A stretch of 53,868 nucleotides of DNA from Alphaproteobacteria bacterium (GCA_045660045.1 JAZRDB010000012.1:1-53868), one strand, 5' to 3'; numbered from the stretch's first letter, positions 1-11,200 are shown. Numbers and translations are program-made. Notes: generated by a model from the sequence alone, not told the origin.

Positions 1-277
1 ACCAATCTAATGCCGCGATAGCATCAGCTAATTCACCAACACCCGTTCCGTCCATTTGACCAGCAGATGTACCAACACCACGATAATTCAATCGCAACAC
101 TGAATAGCCAAGCCCAGCAAATGCTTGGAATAATGTATATGTGACTTTGTTATTCATTGTCGCCCCTTGTTTGGGATCAGGAGGCAATACCAACATCAAT
201 GGCGCTGTTGGATTTTCAGAACGATAAAAACGACCTTCCAAACGACCACATGGTCCCGCAAAAAATACTTCTGCCAT
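1..277 (-). CDS. alpha/beta hydrolase, partial (runs off the window start)
   Basis: Manual translation MAEVFFAGPCGRLEGRFYRSENPTAPLMLVLPPDPKQGATMNNKV...LRLNYRGVVGTSAG; AGGAGG SD at about 284-289. Confidence 0.8.
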   Translation of the reverse strand, partial: MAEVFFAGPCGRLEGRFYRSENPTAPLMLVLPPDPKQGATMNNKVTYTLFQAFAGLGYSVLRLNYRGVGTSAGQMDGTGVGELADAIAALDW

Positions 278-349
278 AAAAAACCTCCTTGTTGGCTTAT
301 CTCTTGATAATGAAACTACAACATTTTTTTCAAAAAAGCAAGATTTTTA

Positions 350-378
350 TTGACAATTACTTTAAAAAGAGGTATAAA
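350..378 (+). promoter_or_regulatory. sigma70-like promoter for tRNA-Met
   Basis: TTGACA-17 nt-TATAAA. Confidence 0.65.
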
Positions 379-388
379 TATATCCATT

Positions 389-464
389 GGCGGAGTAGCT
401 CAGTTGGTAGAGCGGTGGAATCATAATCCATGTGTCGGGGGTTCGATCCCCTCCTCCGCTACCA
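389..464 (+). tRNA. tRNA-Met (CAT), elongator-like
   Basis: Cloverleaf GGCGGAG...CTCCGCT-A-CCA, anticodon loop ATCATAA, GGTTCGA T-loop. Confidence 0.93.
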
Positions 465-504
465 TTTTTTTATATTGTTTGTTCTTATCTCAAGGGGGGA
501 ATCG

Positions 505-1659
505 ATGACAAGAACACAATTAGATTTCAAATCTTGGATTGACACACACAAACAAAAGAAAGAAACAATTGGGCAATGTCTGACGCGCATCGTAAAATCA
601 AAAACAACTGCCTTTGATCTATTAGAATATATTACCCATAACTCCAGACAAAATAAAGCCAACTTTCGCTTAATTATGAAAGCGATTCCACAAAAAGAAG
701 TATTTAATAAATGGTTCAAAGCCTATACAAAACAATACGAACTTTTTATGCACGATAAATGGAATCACGCCAAACGCATTGAAGACGTTTTAATCCTTAT
801 TCCTAATTTCACTCCATGGGCTTTACATGATCGTTTTGGTTCCATCCAAATTGGCACCATTCCCTCTGAGTTTCAAGATCAAGATTCTTATCTCATCTTC
901 CTGGATAAAGTCTATAATAGTCCCGTGATGCAGAAGTATCGTCAATTTAAATCGTTGGAATGCGATCTCAAAAACTTGGCCAAAGTTTATCCTGCCGTTA
1001 AGAAAATAGATTGGTTTAATTTAACAAAACGCAGACAATTTTTATCTGGATTATTAGCCAAGATTATTGGACATCCCTTTATCATCCGCAATAATAAGCA
1101 CAGATATCAGGTACGATATTTGTGTAATCCTTTCTCTCCTAAAATAGTGTTTCAAATTAAATCTGACACAAAACAAACTTATATTTTAAAAATGGCAGCC
1201 CATCAATATGGCCTCATCGATTGTGACACGAAAAGAAAAGAGATTGAAAACCAAGCTATTCGTGCCGACTCCCCTTATTCTAATGCACTAATAGAATTTT
1301 ATTTAAAATTAAATAAGTGTCCTCACGCCCCAGATATTTTATATTACACAGACAAATATGAAGCCGGTCTATATAAAGAGCAAAAAGGTAAACCATTTAC
1401 TTCAAAGACTAAACCAGATTTCGTCATTGTAAATAATAAATATTTAAAGGACGCTAATCGGTTGGGCATTTATGTCAATGATGTTTCCCCACGTAACTTT
1501 ATATGGGATAAATCTCACAAACTAAAGATCATTGATATCGGTCATGCCACTTTTGCCAATCCATTGACACAAGACATCCCCGGACTTACCTTTACATTTG
1601 GTAACTTATGTGGACAAGATTATCTGACACACTTTGGTGTTTTAAGCATGGAGGATTAA
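505..1659 (+). CDS. protein-kinase-like (phosphotransferase fold) protein
   Basis: YILKM (Lys motif), NDVSPRNF (catalytic-loop-like), IIDIG (DFG-like). Start moved to ATG 505 after a G-rich SD because the ORF-track start lies inside the tRNA. Confidence 0.6.
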   Translation: MTRTQLDFKSWIDTHKQKKETIGQCLTRIVKSKTTAFDLLEYITHNSRQNKANFRLIMKAIPQKEVFNKWFKAYTKQYELFMHDKWNHAKRIEDVLILIPNFTPWALHDRFGSIQIGTIPSEFQDQDSYLIFLDKVYNSPVMQKYRQFKSLECDLKNLAKVYPAVKKIDWFNLTKRRQFLSGLLAKIIGHPFIIRNNKHRYQVRYLCNPFSPKIVFQIKSDTKQTYILKMAAHQYGLIDCDTKRKEIENQAIRADSPYSNALIEFYLKLNKCPHAPDILYYTDKYEAGLYKEQKGKPFTSKTKPDFVIVNNKYLKDANRLGIYVNDVSPRNFIWDKSHKLKIIDIGHATFANPLTQDIPGLTFTFGNLCGQDYLTHFGVLSMED

Positions 1660-4296
1660 TTGGACCCAAAAGATAAAAATTATATTGCCAAATTGTTGCA
1701 CGGATTAAAAATTAAATCCGCCGATGCTTTAGATGTTATTATGGGCCCCAACGAATTGAAAAGTGTCTTGGCAAATGTCTCTGCAAAAGATTTTTTAGGC
1801 AAACATGCATGGATCAATCTACACACCCATTCCAATGCTTCAGATGGCGCCCTATCACCAAAAGAATGGCTTGAAAATGCTTACAAATGGAAACAAACAC
1901 ACCATTTACAAAACTATCTTATTGCTTTAACAGATCACGACACCTTAAACGGTTTAATTTCCCTTTTAAAAGCAATTGTGAAGAACAAAAGAAAATATGA
2001 TGGTCTTCGCATTGTATTAGGTGCCGAACTCAGCTGTTCATTTGAATCACCGCTGTTGCGCCGACCATTAGATTTTGAAATCTTACATTATGGCATCAAT
2101 CCGTTTGATAAAGAATATACAAAAATTTTACAACAACAAGCCGATGCTCGCCACAAAGCTCTACCCATTATGTTTCAATTTTTGAATAAAAAATATCCAT
2201 GGTTACACGCAGACATAAAACAGTATTATCAAACGAAATATTACAGCCGATCGATGCAATTGGGCATTGGTGTCAATTGGTTATATAATACGACGGCCTA
2301 TTTCCAATCCATTACTCCACAAGGAACAGATCTATCAAATGTTATAGACGACATGATGGCTTTTGGTTTTCAAAGTAAAAACAATGGTTCGTGGTGGCTA
2401 TCAACAAAGCTATTATCATTTATTAAAAAACATGGGGGATTTGCCAGTATGGCTCATCCGTATCGTTTACAATTAGGGCAAAAAATAAACTCCGATATAA
2501 ACATATTTATTCCATCTTTTTTTAAAACAATGCGTCAAAAGGGCATGGAAGCCACAGAACTTTTCTATGGGAAAATGCGTCAAATGCAACCTGCATTTGA
2601 TGTCTTACAGGCCGGGAAGCGCCCTCAAAATGACACAGATTACTGGGTCCGCTTGATTTGGGAAACATCTCGTTCTGTTTTCCCATATGCAACTGGTGGA
2701 TCCGACAATCATAACAATTATCTGGGCACATTTCAATTTGAAAACAAAGAAAATGCTTGGCAACAATTGCTGTCCTATTGGCACGAAATACAACCTTTGA
2801 TTCAGAGAGGCTATCGTGTTTTAGACAAAGAAGTAACTATGGGGCTGCCTGGCCCATGTATGCCAGCATTTGATGTCAATTTTGATTTTGGAATTGGATC
2901 TCCCTATGGCAAAGCCGCTGAACGCGTTTGGCAATTTTGGGACAAAACCGTTCACAAAATTTTGCTAGGTCCATCTGGAAGCACTAACAAAGAGGCACAC
3001 CATTCGCCATATGTTTCCGACGATAAACATCCAAATCCATATTTTATTCCTGTTGAATATTTTATCTCACAAGGTAAAATCTCTTTGGTGCAACAAAAAC
3101 AGCTTAACCTTTCACCAGTAAACGATAACGACATTGATTTTGATCAAGTTGAATCAAACTTTAAACGCTTGACCGCCATCCTTCATTACGACGACAAGGA
3201 AATTAATATTTTGGCCACTAAATTTAAACATAGCTGCAAACACGCTTACATAGCTGATTTACAAGTTTGTTTACCATATGATTTAGTTAAAAAATACCCA
3301 AATTTGTTTTTAAAGAACTTCACATTGGGAACTCCAGCAGACAACATTTCTGAGCAATCCAGAAATTGGGGATTTCCAGTATTAAACCCTGAAAAAATGT
3401 GGACGTCCAAGGGGCTTGGGCCAGCTGGAAAATTATGGCAAGATATTATTGATTACACTATCACTGGCGCAAAAGGAGGCCTTAGAATTGATCACTTCAT
3501 TGGATTCGTAAATCCCTATGTCATTTCTAGCAATCCCACAATTTCAAACGGACGCTTGTACTCATCTCCCAACCATCCAATCTTAAAAAAGTTTGCCCTC
3601 ACAAAACCTGAGCAATTTTATAAAATCGTTGATAAAATAGTTCTGCCTGTTTTAAAAAAACATCGCCTATCTATCAAAGATTTGTATCCAGAAGATATCG
3701 GAGCCAGACCTGAGCAATTAGACAACGTTTTGAACCACTTTGGATTAGGACGTCTTGTTGTTGCACAATTCAATAATCCTAAAGATCCAAATCACATGTA
3801 TCACCTGATGAACACAAAACCACAAGATGTCGCTACATTAGATACACATGATACACCGTCCATCCAATCATTCTTTAATTCATTGAATGAGACGCAACGA
3901 TATACCTTTGCGCAATCGTTGGCAAAATCTTTAAGGTTTAATTACACAAATGATTTAAAATCTACCCAACAATTGGTACGTATGCAATGGGGTGAATTAT
4001 TAACATGTTCCGCCAAACGTGTACAAGCCTTCTTTACAAGCTGGACAGGACAAATCGGCCGTTATAATCAACCAGGCACCCCACACAAATGGTGTTTACG
4101 TTGCACCACCGATTTTGACGAGTTATATTTTAAAAACTTCCAAGCGGGGCTTGCCTACAATCCACTGGACGCCATCTCTTTAGCCATTTATGCCAGAGGA
4201 GATACATTTTACCAAAAAAACAAAAATCTTGTTGCCCAATTACGTGACGCGGAAGCTCATCTTTATAGTCTGGTTCATCAATGGCTTCAAGCTTAA
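1660..4296 (+). CDS. PHP phosphoesterase / GH77 4-alpha-glucanotransferase-like fusion
   Basis: PHP motifs NLHTHS..DG, TDHD, GAELS, AHP, GGSDNH; GH77 motifs SPY, NWGFP, LRIDHF, PEDIG, THDT, YNQPGT; TTG start directly after the upstream stop. Confidence 0.8.
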   Translation: MDPKDKNYIAKLLHGLKIKSADALDVIMGPNELKSVLANVSAKDFLGKHAWINLHTHSNASDGALSPKEWLENAYKWKQTHHLQNYLIALTDHDTLNGLISLLKAIVKNKRKYDGLRIVLGAELSCSFESPLLRRPLDFEILHYGINPFDKEYTKILQQQADARHKALPIMFQFLNKKYPWLHADIKQYYQTKYYSRSMQLGIGVNWLYNTTAYFQSITPQGTDLSNVIDDMMAFGFQSKNNGSWWLSTKLLSFIKKHGGFASMAHPYRLQLGQKINSDINIFIPSFFKTMRQKGMEATELFYGKMRQMQPAFDVLQAGKRPQNDTDYWVRLIWETSRSVFPYATGGSDNHNNYLGTFQFENKENAWQQLLSYWHEIQPLIQRGYRVLDKEVTMGLPGPCMPAFDVNFDFGIGSPYGKAAERVWQFWDKTVHKILLGPSGSTNKEAHHSPYVSDDKHPNPYFIPVEYFISQGKISLVQQKQLNLSPVNDNDIDFDQVESNFKRLTAILHYDDKEINILATKFKHSCKHAYIADLQVCLPYDLVKKYPNLFLKNFTLGTPADNISEQSRNWGFPVLNPEKMWTSKGLGPAGKLWQDIIDYTITGAKGGLRIDHFIGFVNPYVISSNPTISNGRLYSSPNHPILKKFALTKPEQFYKIVDKIVLPVLKKHRLSIKDLYPEDIGARPEQLDNVLNHFGLGRLVVAQFNNPKDPNHMYHLMNTKPQDVATLDTHDTPSIQSFFNSLNETQRYTFAQSLAKSLRFNYTNDLKSTQQLVRMQWGELLTCSAKRVQAFFTSWTGQIGRYNQPGTPHKWCLRCTTDFDELYFKNFQAGLAYNPLDAISLAIYARGDTFYQKNKNLVAQLRDAEAHLYSLVHQWLQA

Positions 4297-5747
4297 TTTT
4301 TCTCAAGATTATCAAAGCGACCAAACTCGCCATTAAAGTATAATTTCACGGTTCCAGTTGGACCATGACGTTGTTTAGAAACAATCAATTCTGCCTGATT
4401 CGCAAGCTCCAATTTCTTTTGTTCCAACTCGGCCATACGCAAAGCAAATTTTTCAGGTGTTTCATTTAAATGGCGCTGCGGTTGTTCATTTTGCAAATAA
4501 TAGATTTCACGATAAATAAACATCACGATATCCGCATCCTGTTCAATAGATCCGGATTCACGCAAATCCGACAACATTGGGCGTTTATTATCACGCTGTT
4601 CAACCAACCGCGACAACTGAGAAAGCACAATAACTGGAACTTCCAATTCTTTTGCCATAATCTTGAGAGCACGTGTCATTTCTGACAATTCCTGCACACG
4701 ATTTTCAGAACGGCCAGAGGACGAAATCAGCTGTAAATAGTCAACAATAATCAACCCAAGCCCTTGCTCTTTATTACGCAACATTCGACGGGCACGATTT
4801 TTAATTGCATTCACGGTAATGCCTGGCGTCTCATCTACATACAAAGGCACCTTAGACAACAAACTGACCCCAGCCGATAGTTCTTCAAACTGCTCCTCGG
4901 TTAATTTTCCGGTTCGCATTAAGTGATTGGAAACACTTGCCTTGGAAGACAAAATACGACCGGCCACCTGTTCAGCCGACATTTCCAAAGAAAACAAAGC
5001 CACAGATTTTTTCGTTGCACCTGGCTTTTTGTTTTCTTTTTCAAAATGTTGTGCCACATTAAAGGCAATCGTCGTTGCCAACGCCGATTTCCCCATCGCA
5101 GGACGAGCCGCCAAAATAATTAAATCAGTATTGTACAATCCACCTAATAACTTGTCTAAATCAATCAATCCCGTCGGCACACCAGAAATCCCAGCTGGAT
5201 TTTTCATCGCCTCCTCGGCGGACGATAAAGTGGATTGTAAAGCAGTCCCTAATGCCAAAGGTCCACCATCCAACTCACGCTCGTTCGCCAATTCAAATAA
5301 AGATTTTTCAGCAAATTCAATTTGTTCTGTTGCTTCTTCATCCAAATTACGATCAAAGGCCTTGTTCACAACGTCCGTTCCCAAAGAAATCAACTGACGC
5401 CGAGTATAGCAATCCAAAATTTCGCGTGCATAATCAACAACATTGATAATCGTAGATGCCGCAGATACCAATTTCGCCAGATATTCCACGCCCCCCACAT
5501 CTTTTAAGGCATCATCATGCACGAATAACGGTTTCAGCGTCACAATATCGGCAATACGACCTTGATTGATATAGGATTCACATGCTTCATAAATTTTGCC
5601 ATGAACTGCGTGCACAAAATGAGAGGGTTTTAAAAACTCGGACACTTTTTCAAGATTACGGTTGTCCGATAAAATAGCACCCAAAACAGCCTGTTCAGCC
5701 TCTAGGTTTTGCGGTGGAATACGTGGTGCGTCGGTTAAAGCAACCAT
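4293..5747 (-). CDS. dnaB: replicative DNA helicase
   Basis: PPQNLEAEQAVLG, ARPAMGKS, IVDYLQL, LRESGSIEQDAD. Confidence 0.98.
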   Translation of the reverse strand: MVALTDAPRIPPQNLEAEQAVLGAILSDNRNLEKVSEFLKPSHFVHAVHGKIYEACESYINQGRIADIVTLKPLFVHDDALKDVGGVEYLAKLVSAASTIINVVDYAREILDCYTRRQLISLGTDVVNKAFDRNLDEEATEQIEFAEKSLFELANERELDGGPLALGTALQSTLSSAEEAMKNPAGISGVPTGLIDLDKLLGGLYNTDLIILAARPAMGKSALATTIAFNVAQHFEKENKKPGATKKSVALFSLEMSAEQVAGRILSSKASVSNHLMRTGKLTEEQFEELSAGVSLLSKVPLYVDETPGITVNAIKNRARRMLRNKEQGLGLIIVDYLQLISSSGRSENRVQELSEMTRALKIMAKELEVPVIVLSQLSRLVEQRDNKRPMLSDLRESGSIEQDADIVMFIYREIYYLQNEQPQRHLNETPEKFALRMAELEQKKLELANQAELIVSKQRHGPTGTVKLYFNGEFGRFDNLEKN

Positions 5748-5862
5748 GGAAGTCCTTTTGTTAACTTATTTTTAACCAATATACAAAACTTTTTTTCAAA
5801 AAGCAACCTTTTTATTTGCATTTTTTTCTTTTTTTAGTTACAGTGGAACAAAAGGAGAACAT

Positions 5863-6486
5863 ATGATTGGAAAACTGACAGGAATTATTGATTCTTTTTA
5901 CGAAGATTATTTGATTTTGGATGTAGCTGGGGTCGGCTACCGCGTCTTTTGTTCAAGCAAAACAATGGGCAAAATGCCGACCAAAGGTGGCACTGCTTCT
6001 CTGTGGATTGAAACGCAGGTTCGGGAAGACCATATTCACCTGATTGGTTTTGCCGATACAGTCGAACAACAGATGTTCAATTTGCTTAGCACCGTCCAAG
6101 GTGTAGGTGCAAAGGTGGCTTTGGCGATTTTATCCGCCCTATCCCCCAACGAGATTCAAATGGCCGTCATGGCAAATGACAGCAAGGCCTTTACACGCGC
6201 CAATGGTGTCGGTCCAAAATTGGGTGTCCGTTTAGTCACAGAATTAAAAGGCAAGATGGGATCTTTGGGCGCCAACGAAGCGATGCCTGTGTTGGGTGGC
6301 GGGACATCTTCTGCTCCTGTACAAAATCAAGCAATGGAAGAAGCTATTTCTGCTTTGGCAAACTTGGGCTATGCACGAATTGAAGCCGGCATGGTGGTTG
6401 CTAATGTTTTACGCCAAAACCCAGAATTAGAGACCGCGGAACTCATCCGCCTATCATTACGCGAAATCGGCAAAGGGAGTTTATAA
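5863..6486 (+). CDS. ruvA: Holliday junction branch migration protein RuvA
   Basis: MIGKLTG, GVGY, VRED, VQGVGAKVAL. Confidence 0.97.
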   Translation: MIGKLTGIIDSFYEDYLILDVAGVGYRVFCSSKTMGKMPTKGGTASLWIETQVREDHIHLIGFADTVEQQMFNLLSTVQGVGAKVALAILSALSPNEIQMAVMANDSKAFTRANGVGPKLGVRLVTELKGKMGSLGANEAMPVLGGGTSSAPVQNQAMEEAISALANLGYARIEAGMVVANVLRQNPELETAELIRLSLREIGKGSL

Positions 6487-6489
6487 ACC

Positions 6490-7521
6490 ATGGTAGAGAA
6501 TAGAATTATTGCACCGCAAAAACAAACGGGAGATGAAGAACTTTACAAAGGCTTGCGGCCGCAAAGTTTAGACGACTTTGTTGGACAACACACGCTCTGT
6601 CAAAACTTGCGTGTGTTTGTAAATGCTGCCCGCGATCGACAAGAAGCCATGGATCACGTATTATTGTTTGGCCCACCAGGATTGGGTAAAACAACTTTGG
6701 CTCAAATTGTAGCAAAGGAATTAGGCGTCAATTTCCGTCCCACCTCTGGTCCTATGATTTCAAAGTCGGGAGACTTGGCTGCCATTTTGACAAATTTGGA
6801 ACCACGCGATGTCTTGTTCATTGACGAAATTCACCGGTTAAATCCAGCCGTGGAAGAAGTGCTTTATTCCGCCATGGAAGATTATCAATTGGACATTGTA
6901 ATTGGCGAAGGTCCTGCCGCTCGTTCGGTGCGCATTGACCTCCCCCCATTCACATTGATTGGAGCTACAACTCGTTCTGGTTTGCTTTCCACCCCATTGC
7001 GTGACCGTTTTGGAATTCCAATGCACCTAACCTTTTATGATACAGATGATTTACAAAAGATTGTGGAGAGAAACGCCCGTTTGCTCAATATGAATATGAC
7101 AACCGAAGGTGCACATGAAATTGCCAAACGTTCTCGTGGAACGCCTCGTATCGCAGGACGTCTCTTGCGTCGTGTCCGTGATTTTGCTGGCAATGAATCC
7201 ATTACTGCCGAATTGGCTGACAAAGCGCTAACACGATTAGAGGTAGATAAGCAAGGCCTTGATGCTATTGACCGCAGATACCTGCGCTGTATTGCCGAAA
7301 AGTATGCTGGTGGTCCCGTGGGAGCAGATACTTTAAGCGCTGCATTATCCGAAGAACGTGATACTTTGGAAGAAGTAATTGAGCCATATTTGATGCAACT
7401 CGGCCTTGTCATGCGCACGCCACGTGGGCGTATGCTATCGCCGGCCGGCTATAAACACTTGGGGCTCAAAACACCTGCCCAATATGTCCAACCTGATTTA
7501 TTAGAGGATACAGAAGAATGA
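6490..7521 (+). CDS. ruvB: Holliday junction helicase RuvB
   Basis: [35 protein letters not shown]. Confidence 0.98.
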   Translation: MVENRIIAPQKQTGDEELYKGLRPQSLDDFVGQHTLCQNLRVFVNAARDRQEAMDHVLLFGPPGLGKTTLAQIVAKELGVNFRPTSGPMISKSGDLAAILTNLEPRDVLFIDEIHRLNPAVEEVLYSAMEDYQLDIVIGEGPAARSVRIDLPPFTLIGATTRSGLLSTPLRDRFGIPMHLTFYDTDDLQKIVERNARLLNMNMTTEGAHEIAKRSRGTPRIAGRLLRRVRDFAGNESITAELADKALTRLEVDKQGLDAIDRRYLRCIAEKYAGGPVGADTLSAALSEERDTLEEVIEPYLMQLGLVMRTPRGRMLSPAGYKHLGLKTPAQYVQPDLLEDTEE

Positions 7522-7934
7522 AAATACACGATTTTACTTTCAGAATCTATTATAAAGATACGGACGCCAGCGGTATTGCCTACCATGCCAACTATTTGAC
7601 CTATGCCGAACGAGCCCGTAGCGAATGGTTTAATGATGCCGGTATGCCCATCACAGACTTGCTGGCTCGTGGTGACGCCTTTGTCATTTGCCGTGCAGAT
7701 ATTGAGTATAAACGCCCTGCTCCATTGAATGCCTTGGTGACAATCAAAACTGCTGTCAAAGAAATCAAGGCTGCCAGTTGCGTCAGCGAGCAAACCTTTT
7801 GGATTGGCGATCAACATATTGCTACTGTTCATGTGGATGCGGTCAGTGTGGACACAAAGACTTTACGTCCGAAACGGATTCCAGCCGATATTCGTGCGTT
7901 GTATGAAAACTATTTAGTGGAAGGAGAAAACTAA
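7518..7934 (+). CDS. ybgC: Tol-Pal-associated acyl-CoA thioesterase
   Basis: [17 protein letters not shown]; position between ruvB and tolQ. Confidence 0.88.
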   Translation: MKIHDFTFRIYYKDTDASGIAYHANYLTYAERARSEWFNDAGMPITDLLARGDAFVICRADIEYKRPAPLNALVTIKTAVKEIKAASCVSEQTFWIGDQHIATVHVDAVSVDTKTLRPKRIPADIRALYENYLVEGEN

Positions 7935-7935
7935 T

Positions 7936-8622
7936 ATGCAAAACGAAGTGATTCACTCATCTATTTCAATGATGGCAATGTTCCAAAACGCCGACATTTT
8001 TATGAAATGCCTTATTTTGGGGCTGTTATTTGCGTCCATTTGGTGTTGGGCTATTATCTTTGACAAAATGATTACCCTAAAACGCATCAACGAAGGCATG
8101 AAGAAATTTGAAGAAAAATTTTGGAAGACAACTTCCTTATCGGATTTTTATCAAGACTATGCCAAAGATGGCCGCGATCCTTTGTCACAGATTTTCACCA
8201 CTGCTTTTCAAGAATGGCGACACAATCAAGAACATGCTGAAAAAAGCGGATTAAAATTATCTGAACGCTTGAGCAAAAGTATCCAAATTACTATCGACAA
8301 ACTCGTAGAAAAATTAGAAACACGCATGATTTTCTTGGCCTCCACAGGTTCCGTTGCGCCATTGTTAGGTCTATTCGGAACGGTATGGGGAATTATGGAC
8401 AGCTTTAATGCCATTGGCGCTACACAAAGCACAAATATCGCCGCCGTTGCGCCTGGTGTAGCAGAAGCGCTATTCACAACCGCCGTTGGTTTGATTGCTG
8501 CTATTCCTGCCTTAATTGGCTACAACAAAATTACTCATGATATAGATCGTGTAACGGGCAGAATGGAAACATTCTCAGACGAACTCACAACCATTTTGGA
8601 GACACAAAGGAGTGTAAAATGA
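7936..8622 (+). CDS. tolQ: TolQ
   Basis: APLLGLFGTVWGIM, VAPGVAEALFTTAVGL. Confidence 0.93.
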   Translation: MQNEVIHSSISMMAMFQNADIFMKCLILGLLFASIWCWAIIFDKMITLKRINEGMKKFEEKFWKTTSLSDFYQDYAKDGRDPLSQIFTTAFQEWRHNQEHAEKSGLKLSERLSKSIQITIDKLVEKLETRMIFLASTGSVAPLLGLFGTVWGIMDSFNAIGATQSTNIAAVAPGVAEALFTTAVGLIAAIPALIGYNKITHDIDRVTGRMETFSDELTTILETQRSVK

Positions 8623-9038
8623 GGCATCGTCGCCATACGAATAATATTAAATCTGAAGTCAATTTAACACCTCTGATTGACGTGATGACAAGCTTGCTTG
8701 CCATCTTCATGATCACGGCGCCGTTACTTACAACCGGCATCCCTTTGAATCTACCAAAAGGCGACGGAAAAGCCATTGAAAGTCCCGAAAAAACATTGGA
8801 TATTAGTATTGACAAACAAGGAAAGATTTTTGTTGGAACTCAAGAGGTTACGATGGACACTTTAACTAAAAAAGTAAGTGCTATTGTGAAAGAAAATCCT
8901 AAAATCCAGATGATGATTTCGGGCGACAGCGAAGCACACTATGGGCAAGTAATTGAAGTCATGGCTCTGCTCCGCACCGCTGGTTTCACACAGGTTGGAT
9001 TAAAAACAGATTCAAAAGTCATGGAAGACAAAAAATAA
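8619..9038 (+). CDS. tolR: TolR/ExbD
   Basis: SEVNLTPLIDV, IFMITAPL; operon context. Confidence 0.9.
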   Translation: MRHRRHTNNIKSEVNLTPLIDVMTSLLAIFMITAPLLTTGIPLNLPKGDGKAIESPEKTLDISIDKQGKIFVGTQEVTMDTLTKKVSAIVKENPKIQMMISGDSEAHYGQVIEVMALLRTAGFTQVGLKTDSKVMEDKK

Positions 9039-9886
9039 TGCAACGTAAGGCGTTTTTACTTTCTTTGGGATTGCATGCCGTGGTCATCAGTTTGATGTTC
9101 GCGGATTTTCATTTTACCAAAGAATATACAAAAGCGCCCCCAGCCATTTTGATGGTAGATTTAACGAAAGTTAAAATTGCCGATAAAACAAACTTACCTC
9201 AAAAAGCTATTCCCAAAAAGGAAACACAAAAAGTAGAACCTAAAAAAGAAGATCCAAAGCCTGCTCCAAAAGTGGATACTCCAAAACCAGAGGTAAAAGC
9301 ACCCGAGCCAAAACCAGAACCAAAGCCGGCCCCTGTTCCAAAGGATGCTGTGGCGATTCAACCAAAGCAAGAAGAAAGGAAAAAAGAACCGGACAAACCA
9401 GCGGCAAAACCAAAGCCCAAAAAGCCAGATTACAATTTAAAATCGTTGTTGGCCAGCGTGGAAAAAGTGCGCCAAGATGCCCCCGCTCCACAACCAGAAC
9501 AACCCGTCACAGAGGAAGCATTGGACAACGGAACAGAAGGCCGTATGGACAAAATTTTAACCATTTCCCATCGTGACTTTATCGCCTCAAAATTGCGTGA
9601 TTGTTGGAACATTGACGGCGGCGCACAAGACATCGATGAAATCGTTATTGAAGTGAAAGTTTTGGTCAACAAGGATGGATCCATCCGTGACGCAAAAGTG
9701 ATGAACAATATGCCCCTACCCGCGTTCCGCTCACTTTCCGAAAGCGCCAGACGAGCTGTCTATATTTGTGCGCAAAAAGGTGCTGACTCACCGTTCAAGA
9801 TTTTGTCAGACAATTATGCTGACCATTATAACGATTGGAAAGAATTACACTTGAATTTTAATCCAATGAATGCTAATGTGTTTTAA
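9038..9886 (+). CDS. tolA: TolA-like energy transducer
   Basis: N-terminal TM with SLGLH, Pro/Lys-rich linker, C-terminal CW domain; lies between tolR and tolB. Confidence 0.8.
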   Translation: MQRKAFLLSLGLHAVVISLMFADFHFTKEYTKAPPAILMVDLTKVKIADKTNLPQKAIPKKETQKVEPKKEDPKPAPKVDTPKPEVKAPEPKPEPKPAPVPKDAVAIQPKQEERKKEPDKPAAKPKPKKPDYNLKSLLASVEKVRQDAPAPQPEQPVTEEALDNGTEGRMDKILTISHRDFIASKLRDCWNIDGGAQDIDEIVIEVKVLVNKDGSIRDAKVMNNMPLPAFRSLSESARRAVYICAQKGADSPFKILSDNYADHYNDWKELHLNFNPMNANVF

Positions 9887-9898
9887 AAAGGGGAAAAA

Positions 9899-11200
9899 AT
9901 GAAAAAACTATTTCTAATTTTAGCAGCATTTTTCATCACTTCTGCGCAGGCGGAATTGCACATCAATATTGATGGGGCGAAGTCTGATCCAACACCTATT
10001 GCCATTACTGATTTTGCTTCCCGAGGTTCTGATTTGGGTAAATTGATTCCTCAGGTTGTTCAGGCCGATTTAGAACATTCTAACCTGTTTCGAGTTGTTG
10101 ATCAAGACGCCTATATTCAACAAATGGATCGACTAGATACGCCCCCACGCTTTGCAGATTGGCAAGCCATCGGTGCTCATGCATTGATTCATGGAGAAAT
10201 CACCGAGGGATTGGATGGCAAAATCCATGTGGCATTTCGCGTGTGGGATGTTTATGCTCAGCAGCAATTGGATGCCAAAACATTATCCACTGCCCCAGAA
10301 AGTTGGCGCAAAATTGCCCACATTATCGCCGACACAATATACGAACGTTTGACCGGTGAAAAAGGTTATTTTGATACCAAGATTGCCTTTGTTTCTGAAA
10401 AAGGAACGGCCGGCGAACGTGAACGCAGATTAGCCATTATGGACCAAGACGGCGCAAACTTACGTTATTTAACTGACGGGAAAGCCATGGCAATGACTCC
10501 CCGTTTTGCCCCAAATATGAAAGAGATTGTGTATATGTCGTATCAAGGCGGCAAACCTCAACTTTATTTAATGGACAGCAAAACCATGACCACACGCACT
10601 TTGGGTACGTTTGAAGGCATGTCCTTTGCGCCTCGTTTTTCGCCAGACAGCAAAAACCTTGTCTATTCCATGTCACGCCGTGGCAACTCAGATATTTATC
10701 TGTATAATTTGGCAACTGGCAAACGCACACAATTAACCACCCACTCTGCCATTGATACCTCACCCAGTTTTTCGCCCGACGGCAAACGAATCGTCTTTAA
10801 CTCGGATCGATCGGGGCGGCAACAACTATATGTTATGAACGCTGATGGTACCAATGTGCAACGCATTAGCTTTGGCGAAGGTAGTTATGCAACCCCCGTT
10901 TGGTCACCACGTGGTGATTATATTGCTTTCACAAAGATTAAAAGCGGCACCTTCTATATTGGTTTGATGCGCCCAGATGGTTCTGGTGAGCGCCTGATTG
11001 CTGATGGCTGGTTGGTCGAAGGGCCCACATGGTCGCCCAATGGTCGCATGATTGCTTTTTGGCGACAAACTCCTATGGATCGGCGCGGCAAAGGGCAAAC
11101 AGCCAAGCTTTATATGATAGATGTAACTGGTTACCACGAAAGCGAATTGCAAACCGCTGGCGACGCCTCCGATCCCGCCTGGTCACCATTGTTGCATTAA
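9899..11200 (+). CDS. tolB: TolB beta-propeller protein
   Basis: Signal peptide, AHIIADTIYERLTGEKGYF, repeated P-x-F/W-SPDG motifs. Confidence 0.97.
   Translation: MKKLFLILAAFFITSAQAELHINIDGAKSDPTPIAITDFASRGSDLGKLIPQVVQADLEHSNLFRVVDQDAYIQQMDRLDTPPRFADWQAIGAHALIHGEITEGLDGKIHVAFRVWDVYAQQQLDAKTLSTAPESWRKIAHIIADTIYERLTGEKGYFDTKIAFVSEKGTAGERERRLAIMDQDGANLRYLTDGKAMAMTPRFAPNMKEIVYMSYQGGKPQLYLMDSKTMTTRTLGTFEGMSFAPRFSPDSKNLVYSMSRRGNSDIYLYNLATGKRTQLTTHSAIDTSPSFSPDGKRIVFNSDRSGRQQLYVMNADGTNVQRISFGEGSYATPVWSPRGDYIAFTKIKSGTFYIGLMRPDGSGERLIADGWLVEGPTWSPNGRMIAFWRQTPMDRRGKGQTAKLYMIDVTGYHESELQTAGDASDPAWSPLLH

Noticed and set aside
430..504. N-terminal extension of the 409 aa ORF
   Set aside because: It overlaps tRNA-Met; ATG 505 has an SD.
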